This document shows, in pieces, positions 9,719 to 19,001 of a stretch of 64,000 nt of DNA. The stretch lies in IMG/VR virus record IMGVR_UViG_3300023175_000005, positions 186,001-250,000 of that record. The stretch is one strand, 5' to 3'. How positions within the stretch are numbered: position 1 is the first letter of the stretch; the number at the start of each line of letters is the position of its first letter. Both the position numbers and the translations under genes were made by a program. The notes below the pieces were generated by a model, which had not been told where the DNA came from, made no database searches, and saw only the letters and a program-made list of their open reading frames with translations.

Positions 9719-9971
9719 CTTCTTCTACTTCCTTTTCTGGTTTTGGCGCATCTGGATCAGGTGCGTCTCCTTGTTCAGCCTGTGCTGCTTTTTGCTGTTC
9801 TTCAACATTTTTTAAGAACGCTTCTAATTTGTTGTATACTGTACCTACAGCAGCCATCTCTCCTGGTTTAAATGAACCACGCTCACTAGCGATGTCAATA
9901 ATACCTTTCATAACTGCTAGATCTTGAATGTTTAGATCCATAGGATTTGGTTGTTGTTCTTGTTCAGACAT
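9708..9971 (-). CDS. Small acidic hypothetical protein
   Basis: SD AAAGGAG upstream; 87 aa. Confidence 0.65.
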   Translation of the reverse strand: MSEQEQQPNPMDLNIQDLAVMKGIIDIASERGSFKPGEMAAVGTVYNKLEAFLKNVEEQQKAAQAEQGDAPDPDAPKPEKEVEEDAT

Positions 9972-10007
9972 ATTCGGAATCTCCTTTATAATGTAATTAT
10001 TTGATGT

Positions 10008-10289
10008 CTAGTTTCTATATTTTAAAAGTGGACAAGCAAGTGCAAAATAACTTAGTTCTTTTGATTCTTCAAACGCTATTTTAACTTTACTTGCTAACGG
10101 TTGTTCTGCTTCATAAACAACTTCTTTATCGATATAATATCTTCCTTTAAGATTTGTTTGCACCCATTCTTCTAGTGCCTTTTGAATATTATATTTTTGG
10201 GGAATAACCATACATTCCCAATAGGGTGGACAAAAATCCACCCGTCTAATATCAAAAACGTTTAAAGGGTTAATTTTGATTTTATCCAT
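10008..10289 (-). CDS. Hypothetical protein
   Basis: 93 aa, overlaps the VWA gene stop. Confidence 0.6.
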   Translation of the reverse strand: MDKIKINPLNVFDIRRVDFCPPYWECMVIPQKYNIQKALEEWVQTNLKGRYYIDKEVVYEAEQPLASKVKIAFEESKELSYFALACPLLKYRN

Positions 10290-11601
10290 TTAATTCTTCG
10301 TAATGTGCAGTAAGACCAAATGGTGCTTCTAGTCCTTTATCATGGTGTCCATGGATAATAAAAATAGTATCACAGTAATCTGGATCACCCCAGCTACCGA
10401 AAGGATAGCCATCTGTAAACATAATAAACTTCTTAGGCGTAATATCGTTTGCTTTCATGTAGGTCCAGTTAGCATCAAAGTCAGTGCCACCGCCTCCCAT
10501 AACTTCGTAGTCGGTGAGACTTTCGCCGCAATCGGCACTAAAATCTTGTTCATTGTATACTTTAGTATCAAAGCACCACAATTTAATATTGTAATCTTTG
10601 AATTGGTCCATAATGCCTTGTACTTCGCTTAGAAAAATGTTTGCTTGTTCGTTTCCAATGGAGCCTGACATGTCAACACCAATACAAACATCAATAGTTT
10701 CTTGAAAGTTCATGCCTGGCAAAATAACACCAGTATGCCAGCCTTTGCGTGAAGGACGCATAAATGTAAAATCATTTTTTACGGTGCTTTGGATTTGCTG
10801 ACGGATGATTTCACCCCAGTTCATTTTAGGCTCAGTAAGGTCTTTAATAATTCTTGCAATTTCGCCCGGAGTGTTACCAGCGCCTGCGGCATTTGCTGCT
10901 GAAATCATGCTCTCTTTGATTTCGTCACGAATTTGTTTCATTTCTTCTTTTGAATATTTAGGTGCTTTACCCTTACCTTCGCCTTCTTCGTCTCCGTCAT
11001 CTCCTTCTAAATCAAGGTGTTCGTCTAGCATCTCTCCTAATTGTTTTAGGAATTCTTGGCCTTGTTTTTCAAACTCTGGAAACAGATCATCGTATACTTC
11101 TTCCGAAGTCCACCCTTCGTATTTAAAGTCTTGAAAACAATCAACGATGCTGGGTTTAACACCAATACGATCGCGAACAAGTAAATTGTTAACAATATAA
11201 TCTGCTGAAATATTATAAAGCATAGGATGACGATCATCTCTACGACCTAAGTGATCAAATACACAGTGTAGAATTTCGTGTGCAATTACAAACTCAATTT
11301 CTTTATTATCCATTGCATTAAAGAATTGAGTGTTAAAATACAAATTACGACCATCTACAGCGGCAGTCGGAATCCAGTCGTCAGCAGCAACAATTTTAAG
11401 ACGTGTTGCCATATTACCAAAAAATGGATGACGGAGTAGCAAACCTACTCGTGCAACAATGATACGATCTAATACTTCTTCACGCATCACAGAAAGAGCA
11501 TCTTCTGTAATATCTAGATCAGGTTGCCAATTTTTAAGTTTACTTGCAGTCTTGTCTGTAGACATTTGCATTGCAACGTATTGCGGTAAAAAATCTAACA
11601 T
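10282..11601 (-). CDS. DUF2201-type metallopeptidase plus VWA domain protein
   Basis: AHEILH zincin motif; DMSGS MIDAS, GGGGTDF, TDG. Confidence 0.85.
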   Translation of the reverse strand: MLDFLPQYVAMQMSTDKTASKLKNWQPDLDITEDALSVMREEVLDRIIVARVGLLLRHPFFGNMATRLKIVAADDWIPTAAVDGRNLYFNTQFFNAMDNKEIEFVIAHEILHCVFDHLGRRDDRHPMLYNISADYIVNNLLVRDRIGVKPSIVDCFQDFKYEGWTSEEVYDDLFPEFEKQGQEFLKQLGEMLDEHLDLEGDDGDEEGEGKGKAPKYSKEEMKQIRDEIKESMISAANAAGAGNTPGEIARIIKDLTEPKMNWGEIIRQQIQSTVKNDFTFMRPSRKGWHTGVILPGMNFQETIDVCIGVDMSGSIGNEQANIFLSEVQGIMDQFKDYNIKLWCFDTKVYNEQDFSADCGESLTDYEVMGGGGTDFDANWTYMKANDITPKKFIMFTDGYPFGSWGDPDYCDTIFIIHGHHDKGLEAPFGLTAHYEELNG

Positions 11602-11631
11602 GTCATTCCTCTTATATCAGTGCCTATATTT

Positions 11632-11659
11632 AATATAACATATTTAAGTTTTTTGTCAA
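11632..11659 (-). promoter_or_regulatory. Sigma70-type promoter with embedded late element
   Basis: TTGACA-N16-TATATT (TG-extended); TAAATA at 11641-11646. Confidence 0.65.
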
Positions 11660-11665
11660 CCATTA

Positions 11666-11702
11666 AAAAGAAAAAATGGGCAGAGTATATACCCTGCCCA
11701 TT
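11666..11702 (-). terminator. Rho-independent terminator after the MoxR gene
   Basis: AATGGGCAG/CTGCCCATT stem followed by a T-rich tract on the minus strand. Confidence 0.8.
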
Positions 11703-11714
11703 CCTGTGGCACAC

Positions 11715-12803
11715 TTACTGTTGTGCTGCCTTAATATACTTTCCATAACGATCATGGAACTCATCAAAACACTCAACAGCATCTGGATCGATTGGAAGAC
11801 TGTATTGAGTAAGAGCAAGTTTGATACCCATAACAACCAATTCCGTATCGAAATTATCCATTGCAAAACGCAAAAAGTTATTCACCTTAGCATCAAACTT
11901 TTTATCATTTTTTGCATCTGCATCTTGAAGTTCGTAACAAAGTGAAACAGTCAAGGAATACATGGCACTGATTTCTTTTGTGTTCAACTCTTTTACTTTA
12001 CCATCTAAGATGTCTGATGGATTTGGCATACTCGATGCAACTTTACGGTGTGCCATAAACTTAACAGCAAGTCCTTCGCCAACCGAACCCGCTACAAGAT
12101 CTGTAATAACTTCTTGATCATCTTCATCGTCAAGCAATTCGCTCACAAACGTCCATGTTCGTGGTGTTGCAAACGAACGACTTGGACTACGAGGATCAAA
12201 GTCAAACAAATCTTTTTTTGCAAACTGAAGATAACCAACTACATCTTTGTGTATCTTGTTAGCAACAGCCCACTCAAACCAGTCATTGAAATCAACAGCC
12301 AGTTCCAAGTGTACAAAACGGTTAGCAAGCGGAGCAGGCATGCGGTAAGTAACACCTTTGTCTGCTTCGCGGTTACCAGCCGCAATGATTACTACATTGT
12401 CAGGTAGTACATATGTACCAACCTTACGGTTAAGAATAAGTTGATATGCAGCCGCTTGTACAGCAGGTGCCGCTGAGTTCAACTCATCTAAAAACAAATA
12501 AATTGTCGAGAATTTTTTAGCAAATTCTTCGCTTGGAAGTTCTACAGGAGGAGCCCATTTCATTGTGTTATCATTTGCACTGTAGTAGGGCATACCTTTG
12601 ATATCTGTAGGTTCCCAAAGTGACAAACGAACGTCAATGAGATATGAATTAGGTGTTGAAGTTTGAATCTGTTCAACAATTTCGGATTTACCAATACCTG
12701 GAGGCCCCCACAGGAAGATTGGACGTTTTTTAGCAATTGCTCGCTGAATTCGTGATTTAGCCTTGTTAGGGCTTACAGTACGTGTAATTTCTGCAACACT
12801 CAT
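11715..12803 (-). CDS. MoxR-like AAA+ ATPase
   Basis: Walker A GPPGIGKS, Walker B LFLDE, AAGN sensor, LANRF arginine finger. Confidence 0.85.
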   Translation of the reverse strand: MSVAEITRTVSPNKAKSRIQRAIAKKRPIFLWGPPGIGKSEIVEQIQTSTPNSYLIDVRLSLWEPTDIKGMPYYSANDNTMKWAPPVELPSEEFAKKFSTIYLFLDELNSAAPAVQAAAYQLILNRKVGTYVLPDNVVIIAAGNREADKGVTYRMPAPLANRFVHLELAVDFNDWFEWAVANKIHKDVVGYLQFAKKDLFDFDPRSPSRSFATPRTWTFVSELLDDEDDQEVITDLVAGSVGEGLAVKFMAHRKVASSMPNPSDILDGKVKELNTKEISAMYSLTVSLCYELQDADAKNDKKFDAKVNNFLRFAMDNFDTELVVMGIKLALTQYSLPIDPDAVECFDEFHDRYGKYIKAAQQ

Positions 12804-12843
12804 CTGTGTATTCCTTTCAATGTTAATCAGTGCCTATACAACT

Positions 12844-12871
12844 AATATAGCACCAAACAAGAAAGTGTCAA
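12844..12871 (-). promoter_or_regulatory. Sigma70-type promoter for the MoxR gene
   Basis: TTGACA-N16-TATATT with TG extension. Confidence 0.7.
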
Positions 12872-13263
12872 CCACTATTTTCTATTTTTTTTGATCTTTT
12901 TAAAGCTTTTGCTAAACCGTATTTTCTTATATCTCCTGAGAAAAGAGTAAGTTCGACTGCTTTCTTTTCATTTGTTACGTACACTGCTCTTGATGTAAGG
13001 TAATATGGACAATCTATAAAATGATCCAGCCAAATTATAATTTGTGTTGTGATAGGCATGTCTAACGGAAAAGGTATCTCATAGTTTGCTAGTTCAATAC
13101 TTTGTACTACATTCCATCCTTCATCAGTTAAACGTAGTCCGCCTTCGTCTTTTTCTCTAGTATTTTTCCACCATATAGGCAAATGTATTTTTACATTACT
13201 AGAAGAATCTGCTTCTCCTATTTGTTTTAAAAATATCTTTGTATATGCTTCTTTCCATTTCAT
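12868..13263 (-). CDS. Hypothetical protein (probable leaderless start MKWKEAY)
   Basis: TAAATAC-CAT-ATG at 13261-13273. Confidence 0.6.
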   Translation of the reverse strand: MKWKEAYTKIFLKQIGEADSSSNVKIHLPIWWKNTREKDEGGLRLTDEGWNVVQSIELANYEIPFPLDMPITTQIIIWLDHFIDCPYYLTSRAVYVTNEKKAVELTLFSGDIRKYGLAKALKRSKKIENSG

Positions 13264-13270
13264 ATGGTAT

Positions 13271-14182
13271 TTAATCGTAATCTGCAAATCTATTGTGCAA
13301 TAAGAATGCTTGATTGTATTCTATTATTTTGCTTATATCAGGCCAAATAGTTTGCCAATCTAATTTACAGATATAATCTATAGTTTCTACAATCTTTTGT
13401 AGTCTTTTTTCTTGATCTATTTCTTTATCATAATCTTCTGACCAGAAATTATTAAATGTTTTAAATCCTAATTTATGTAAACTTTTTAAACTATTATTTT
13501 TGCCTACAATGACAAAAGGATGTGCAGCAAGAATAGTTTTAAATATTTTTTCTGAATGAAACATTGCATCTTCATTAAAGAAAGTTTCATTTACAACACT
13601 AAACCATGTGTTAAGAAAAATATCTCTATTGAAATTGTTAGCCCAGTTTACATCAAAATCTTTTCTATCAACCACAAGGGGACTGTTTTCTAATTCTTCG
13701 TGCTCTGGATAACTAACAAGGTTGTTTTTTATAAGGCCTAGTTTTTTTAGTTTAATAATTATACTTAATCTGTGCTGTCTATTTTGCCTGTTTAAACAAT
13801 TAAACAAATGTTTTCTTGTATTGTTGTATTCTTTAATTGGAATAGGAACATGATCAGTTTTTACACGCTCTGCCCAAACAGGTTGTGCAATTATATTAAT
13901 AGGTGTTGTAAATTGACTTTGTGCCTTGAACCATCTTTTGTATCTTTTTTGTTCGTACAAATTGCTAGTAATTATATAAAGAGGTTTACCTCTAGGTATT
14001 TTATTGTGAATATATTTGTAGTGGTTATGTAGAGGAAATGCTTCTGACATTTGATCAATTACAAGGCGAGATCTATTCCAATGATCAATTAATTTATCTA
14101 TCCATTCGTAAGGTCCTTCACTAAGCGTATATCCACCTAATGGTTGTGCAGAAAGAACGGTACTATTCTGATACAACTTCAC
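13271..14182 (-). CDS. GT10/GT-B glycosyltransferase-like protein
   Basis: NCLNR..R.HR; FSVVNET...SEKIFK resembles the fucosyltransferase FEN..TEK motif; paralog at 36375-37241. Confidence 0.45.
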   Translation of the reverse strand: MKLYQNSTVLSAQPLGGYTLSEGPYEWIDKLIDHWNRSRLVIDQMSEAFPLHNHYKYIHNKIPRGKPLYIITSNLYEQKRYKRWFKAQSQFTTPINIIAQPVWAERVKTDHVPIPIKEYNNTRKHLFNCLNRQNRQHRLSIIIKLKKLGLIKNNLVSYPEHEELENSPLVVDRKDFDVNWANNFNRDIFLNTWFSVVNETFFNEDAMFHSEKIFKTILAAHPFVIVGKNNSLKSLHKLGFKTFNNFWSEDYDKEIDQEKRLQKIVETIDYICKLDWQTIWPDISKIIEYNQAFLLHNRFADYD

Positions 14183-14450
14183 CTTGTGTCAACTTTATTA
14201 CTACAAATTTATCTGTTTTAAATTGTTGATTTAATCTTTTTGCAAGATTATGTGCATGTCCTGGATTAGAAAAACTTGTTTTCTTATACTTAGGACCTGG
14301 ATAGTTTGTAATTGAATTACTACTTTTTAAATTAAAAGGCTTGCCGTCGTAGAATACTGCCCAGATTGCATCTGCATCTAAAATTTGCTCACATTTGTAC
14401 GTTGCACTATTTGTAAATTCTAACAGTATTGTAGGCTTTGGTCTTGACAT
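14163..14450 (-). CDS. Hypothetical protein
   Basis: SD AAGGA; late promoter TAAATA at 14479-14484. Confidence 0.7.
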   Translation of the reverse strand: MSRPKPTILLEFTNSATYKCEQILDADAIWAVFYDGKPFNLKSSNSITNYPGPKYKKTSFSNPGHAHNLAKRLNQQFKTDKFVVIKLTQGEVVSE

Positions 14451-14489
14451 ATACGTATCCTTTTAAAAACTACGTATATATTTATCTTT

Positions 14490-14732
14490 TTACCAACCAG
14501 TTCCGGCGTCTATATCAACTTTTATTACCTGATCTCCGAGTCCGCCGCTGTTTTCTTTTACATATTTTTCCATGTCGCCTTGTAATCTAGACATTACAAT
14601 GCCCATAGTAAAAGCCAAGTTTTTTGCAGTAGTAATATCTAAACGCAAATCCTTGGCTCTACTATTCTCAGCAGCCTGTACTTGTTTAATAAATTGCTGT
14701 ATAGGTTGTGTATTAAGAGGTTCTGTTGACAT
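14490..14732 (-). CDS. Hypothetical protein
   Basis: 80-aa ORF overlapping upstream gene. Confidence 0.6.
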   Translation of the reverse strand: MSTEPLNTQPIQQFIKQVQAAENSRAKDLRLDITTAKNLAFTMGIVMSRLQGDMEKYVKENSGGLGDQVIKVDIDAGTGW

Positions 14733-15186
14733 TGCTTAACATTAATTTCATTTCTAATTCAGTTTTGTATGGACCCATATACTTATTTCGCTCAAGTGTA
14801 ATTAACTTAGGGCAAAAACTTTTTAACCAGTTTTTGTTAAATTTAATTAGATAGTATCCTGCACAATATACACTTTTAGATTTTTCACTTTTTGTAAAAA
14901 GCGGCAAGTTTCTGCTTATATCAAACATACTGTTATAAGGTTTGTTTTTTGTAGGAAAGCCGTGTATTTCTCTTGTGTCTTCATCTACATCGGGTGTTGT
15001 AATTTTTGCTGTTAAGAAACTTTTGCCAAATTCTTGTTTAATTTGTGTTTCACTATGAAATGTAACTACGCCTTTTTTTGTATAGATAAATTTATCTTCG
15101 TCTTTAGTAAGTGTACCTATACGGATGCCTTCATCCTCAACAATCCAAAATTTATCTTTTAATACTGGTTTTACATTCATTGTCAT
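14713..15186 (-). CDS. Hypothetical protein
   Basis: 157 aa, coupled to rnh. Confidence 0.65.
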   Translation of the reverse strand: MTMNVKPVLKDKFWIVEDEGIRIGTLTKDEDKFIYTKKGVVTFHSETQIKQEFGKSFLTAKITTPDVDEDTREIHGFPTKNKPYNSMFDISRNLPLFTKSEKSKSVYCAGYYLIKFNKNWLKSFCPKLITLERNKYMGPYKTELEMKLMLSNVNRTS

Positions 15187-16166
15187 TTAATATACCTCGC
15201 TTGTAAAGGTTCTGCAAATGTTGCTGCTTGATCTGCTACACGTTGCATATCCCACTTTGCACAGAATTTCATAAGGCGCATGCCTACTTGTGAAATATTT
15301 TTAGATTCTACAGTTTGAATAGTCGTATCAATTTGTTCTCTAATATCATCTGGTTGTGCTGTAAGATCACACAATGTAACATTGCGGTTGTAATCATCTA
15401 GCACACGATGTTCTGCACCTTCATGATCTACCCAACGTTGTAACATCATGTTGTTCCAGTTGAAGCCTTTTGTGTCTTTGTCAGCAAACGCTTCTAACAA
15501 ACCTACTTTGTTCTTTGTGCCTTTTTTGCGTACACCTGGATATGCACTAAACACGTTGTCACTAGTGTCACCACGCATACATTTTTCAAACAACATAAAT
15601 TCAGGGTCAGGAGCAGCCTTTGCTTCACCCGTTTTCTTATCAACTACCGCATGACCTTTATCGTCAAAGTAGCCTTTGTATGTAATAGTTGTGTTGCTCA
15701 CACCGTTGTACTGTTGTACATTATGAGCAATAAGTTGTGCAAAGTCACCGTCTGTTGAAATAATAATATGTTTGTCGTTGGGATGATTTTGTATCCAGCC
15801 TGCAATTAAGTCGTCTGCTTCTAGTACAGAATTGTGTAACACAGTGCAGTTTGTTTTTGTATCTACAAACTGTTTAAAGTCGTCAAACACTTCAAAAAAG
15901 ATTTTATCTTCTTCTGCTTCACGTGGACTCATTGCATCTCGGTGTTCTTTGCGATTACGTTTGTAAGGCTCATAATAGTCCTTACGCCAACTGCGTCCTT
16001 CTAAACAAAACACAACATGATCTGCGTCAAAGTCACGCCATGCTTTCTTTACACTGTTAAGTGTAATGTGTAGTGCCATACCGACTTTAGTATCGATGTC
16101 GCCACGCACAACATGACGAGCACGAAAGAATGTGTTAAGTGTGTCTACTAGTACATAGGTTGCCAT
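15183..16166 (-). CDS. rnh: T4-type RNase H / 5'-3' exonuclease
   Basis: LVDTLN, EADDLIA, STDGDFAQL, GDTSDNV helix-hairpin motifs. Confidence 0.85.
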   Translation of the reverse strand: MATYVLVDTLNTFFRARHVVRGDIDTKVGMALHITLNSVKKAWRDFDADHVVFCLEGRSWRKDYYEPYKRNRKEHRDAMSPREAEEDKIFFEVFDDFKQFVDTKTNCTVLHNSVLEADDLIAGWIQNHPNDKHIIISTDGDFAQLIAHNVQQYNGVSNTTITYKGYFDDKGHAVVDKKTGEAKAAPDPEFMLFEKCMRGDTSDNVFSAYPGVRKKGTKNKVGLLEAFADKDTKGFNWNNMMLQRWVDHEGAEHRVLDDYNRNVTLCDLTAQPDDIREQIDTTIQTVESKNISQVGMRLMKFCAKWDMQRVADQAATFAEPLQARYIK

Positions 16167-16369
16167 TAAAAAGCCTCTTCATATCCTTCATTACTAATAG
16201 CATTATAATACAATTCTGTGCCTTTGTCAAGATCTGTTTCAATCGTTTGATCAAATTTATAATCTTTATAACAATCAATAGTTACACGGTTATGTTTACG
16301 ACTTACAGCAAATGCCATCGAATCTTTGTTTTTTGTTATAATCATATTCTTTGCAACTAGTTTAGCCAT
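16166..16369 (-). CDS. Small hypothetical protein
   Basis: MAKLVAK start overlaps the methylase stop; TAATG coupling to rnh. Confidence 0.45.
   Translation of the reverse strand: MAKLVAKNMIITKNKDSMAFAVSRKHNRVTIDCYKDYKFDQTIETDLDKGTELYYNAISNEGYEEAF
16202..16230 (-). promoter_or_regulatory. Consensus sigma70 promoter upstream of rnh
   Basis: TTGACA-N17-TATAAT. Confidence 0.8.
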
Positions 16370-17234
16370 TGTCAACCTCAAATAAATCATTGTCTAGTTC
16401 TGCTTTACGTTGTGCTCTTTTGTTTGCCCAGCCTTCACGCATTTTGTTACGCTTTGCAAGTTCTTCTGGACTAGGATCGATTGGAATAGGATCATCTTTT
16501 GGAGTAATTTGATCTAGTGTGGGTAAAAATGCATCATATGCATTTTTGTTTAATTCAAAGCCGATAAAGTTTCTACCATAACGTAATGCAGTACGTGCAG
16601 TTGTAAAGCCGCCACAGAACGGATCCATTACAGTTTCTTCTCTGTTACTACTGTATAAAACAAATTTTTCAATAAAGTCTTCACTCAATTGATTTTTGTT
16701 TTTTATTTGACCTGGCTTGTAATCACGTGGCATATCTTGTACAGTTAATCTATCATGATAACTGTCTTTTTGATCTGAGTAATATACGTTTGTATTAAAT
16801 GTACGTTTTTGTTTACCTCTATTTGGCTTTTGCCAAAACAACACATGATAGTGACTGCTTACCCATTTCTTTTTAGTGCTTACACCAAATGAATACTTTG
16901 CAATTATATGATTAATTTCTTGTAAGTCTGTTGCGTGTAGTGCGTTCAATACATGGTGTAGGTTAGTATATCCGCTTACAATATAAATGCTACCACCTGG
17001 TCGTAAACATCTAGCACACTCTGAAATCCACTCTTTGCTGAATGTATCGTATGTTTCTAATGGAACTTCTACATAACCTGGAACTACATTGCTTTCATCT
17101 CTGTGATAAACAACATCAAGTTTATCTCCTTCGATGCCATAAGGAGGATCAGTGAATATCAAATCCACTGATCCATCTGCTATATGTTCACGCATACCAG
17201 AAATACAATCCTGGTTGTAAACTTTATAAGTCAT
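16362..17234 (-). CDS. DNA N6-adenine/N4-cytosine methyltransferase, beta class
   Basis: Motif IV DPPY near the N-terminus; motif I DPFCGGFTT near the C-terminus. Confidence 0.88.
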   Translation of the reverse strand: MTYKVYNQDCISGMREHIADGSVDLIFTDPPYGIEGDKLDVVYHRDESNVVPGYVEVPLETYDTFSKEWISECARCLRPGGSIYIVSGYTNLHHVLNALHATDLQEINHIIAKYSFGVSTKKKWVSSHYHVLFWQKPNRGKQKRTFNTNVYYSDQKDSYHDRLTVQDMPRDYKPGQIKNKNQLSEDFIEKFVLYSSNREETVMDPFCGGFTTARTALRYGRNFIGFELNKNAYDAFLPTLDQITPKDDPIPIDPSPEELAKRNKMREGWANKRAQRKAELDNDLFEVDNG

Positions 17235-18286
17235 TAATAGTCCTTTGTGTCTACTAATTTGTCACCTTCTAGTGCATGTCTATCTTTAATCTGCGGAACT
17301 GCACCTAGTATTTTCCACGGACGTTCGTCGCCTACTTTGCTTAGTGTCATTCCAATCTTTTCAAAAATTGACGTAGTTATCATATTATACGACAACTTGT
17401 ATAAAGATTCAAGTGTTTTTTCGAAGTTTCTTACACCATCTCTTGCTTTTTTAGGATTGTATGAATTTGTAAACAATATAATTTCAACTGGGTCAAACTT
17501 TTTATTACATGCATCTAAAATATGAGAAAATGTTCGTAACGGGTATGTATCGTTATCTACACTTACAAGAATTCTGCTTTTATTGTTTATATCAAATCCA
17601 CTACTTTTACACCAGTCTTCCCAGCCTTTGCGATTTTGTGTTCTAACAAGTCCTAAATCTTGTCCTGCTTCATATCCTGAAATAATATTATTGATGATTT
17701 TTGTAATGTTTCCGCTCTTGTTATTAAAAAACTTTTCAATATCTACATCGTTATATAACCACCATTCGATTTCTTCTGAGATAGGTTTTAATTCTCCCAA
17801 TCTACAAAGCTCAATTCCTGCTGTCTCAAAGTCTTTTCTAAGTGTAGGAACTGCCGGAGGGTGCTCGTTAGCAATAAGTCCGTTAGTAACATAGTTACGT
17901 TCACTATCGTCTTCGTAATCATATACTGCTACTGGGAGCCATTTTTCTTCGTTGCGTTTTGCTGCAATTACACGACCTCTACCGTCTCTAAACTTGCCAT
18001 CTGTGCCATAACATGGCGGTGCATACTTTGTTGAAAAGCCGTGGTAGAAAAAACTAGCCTGAATACTTTCGATACGCTCCTCTGTATTCTGCTCTTGTCT
18101 AATCGACATATTCCAAAGATCTGGATTGGTTTCGTCGACTGTATCTAAATCTAAAAATGTAAAATGTTGGAACTCAGCATTTTTTTGCTGACGGATATGT
18201 TCAAATCCGTATTCTCTTAAATTAATTGTTCCGTGATTGTTGAATCCTGTCACCGTTGAGGTGCCTGCGATTTCTGGTGTCGCCAT
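17234..18286 (-). CDS. Hypothetical protein with ParB-like N-terminal domain
   Basis: PP..G.DGKFRDGRGRVIAA resembles the ParB DGxxR motif; late promoter at 18358-18363. Confidence 0.4.
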   Translation of the reverse strand: MATPEIAGTSTVTGFNNHGTINLREYGFEHIRQQKNAEFQHFTFLDLDTVDETNPDLWNMSIRQEQNTEERIESIQASFFYHGFSTKYAPPCYGTDGKFRDGRGRVIAAKRNEEKWLPVAVYDYEDDSERNYVTNGLIANEHPPAVPTLRKDFETAGIELCRLGELKPISEEIEWWLYNDVDIEKFFNNKSGNITKIINNIISGYEAGQDLGLVRTQNRKGWEDWCKSSGFDINNKSRILVSVDNDTYPLRTFSHILDACNKKFDPVEIILFTNSYNPKKARDGVRNFEKTLESLYKLSYNMITTSIFEKIGMTLSKVGDERPWKILGAVPQIKDRHALEGDKLVDTKDY

Positions 18287-18381
18287 AGTATATCTCCTTC
18301 ATTGCTCTATGCGTTTGGGTAAACAGAATTTGCCTAAGCGTTTACTGTCTACATAACTATTTATCATTTTGCAATTAACTA

Positions 18382-18939
18382 TCAAATACTTTCGATTAAT
18401 GCTCTTTGCATTGCACGTTTTTGATCTTTATAAGAAACTTCTACTAGATTATTAGGTTTAATCTTAGAAAAAACAAATTCTACTGCACTAAATGGAATAT
18501 GTGCTTCAATGCCATCTGGCACTGCAACTAGATATTGTTTTATGTCTTTACCGCTAATAATTGCAATACTATCTTGTTGCCCTAGTAGGTAAAAATCTGC
18601 AGGATTTTCAATCTCTACACCTTTGTTCTTACCTAAACTGTTTTTAAGTTTTACTTTGATAAATGCTTTTTCTTTGCCTGTTTTTGTAAACAGACCATTT
18701 GCCATATATTTAAATTCTAAATCTAAACCTGTTTTAACATCATGATGATCTCTACCAATATCGTCTACCCATTGTAGACGTCCTTGTGTATAAACTTCTA
18801 GAGATTGTTCAATAATGTCTGCTTTATCAAATCGATCCTTACGATCATTAAGTTGATCGCCTACACTTGCTATTAGTTTAGCATATCGATTAGATTGTAT
18901 TACTTCGCTAAGTACTTTCGCATAAGTTTGTGTGTTCAT
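18382..18939 (-). CDS. Putative PD-(D/E)xK endonuclease-like protein
   Basis: E...GRD-x9-EFK arrangement; own sigma70 promoter. Confidence 0.35.
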   Translation of the reverse strand: MNTQTYAKVLSEVIQSNRYAKLIASVGDQLNDRKDRFDKADIIEQSLEVYTQGRLQWVDDIGRDHHDVKTGLDLEFKYMANGLFTKTGKEKAFIKVKLKNSLGKNKGVEIENPADFYLLGQQDSIAIISGKDIKQYLVAVPDGIEAHIPFSAVEFVFSKIKPNNLVEVSYKDQKRAMQRALIESI

Positions 18940-18972
18940 TGTTGTGCCTCTATTGCATTATTAACTATTAAT

Positions 18973-19001
18973 AATATAACACACAAACACCCAAATGTCA
19001 A
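18973..19001 (-). promoter_or_regulatory. Sigma70-type promoter
   Basis: TTGACA-N17-TATATT. Confidence 0.75.

Noticed and set aside
14449-14479. 9-bp inverted repeat as an SD-locking hairpin like the one at 8747
   Set aside because: The SD lies in the loop and the late promoter is upstream of both arms, so the temporal-lock logic does not apply; the TACGTA core is self-palindromic
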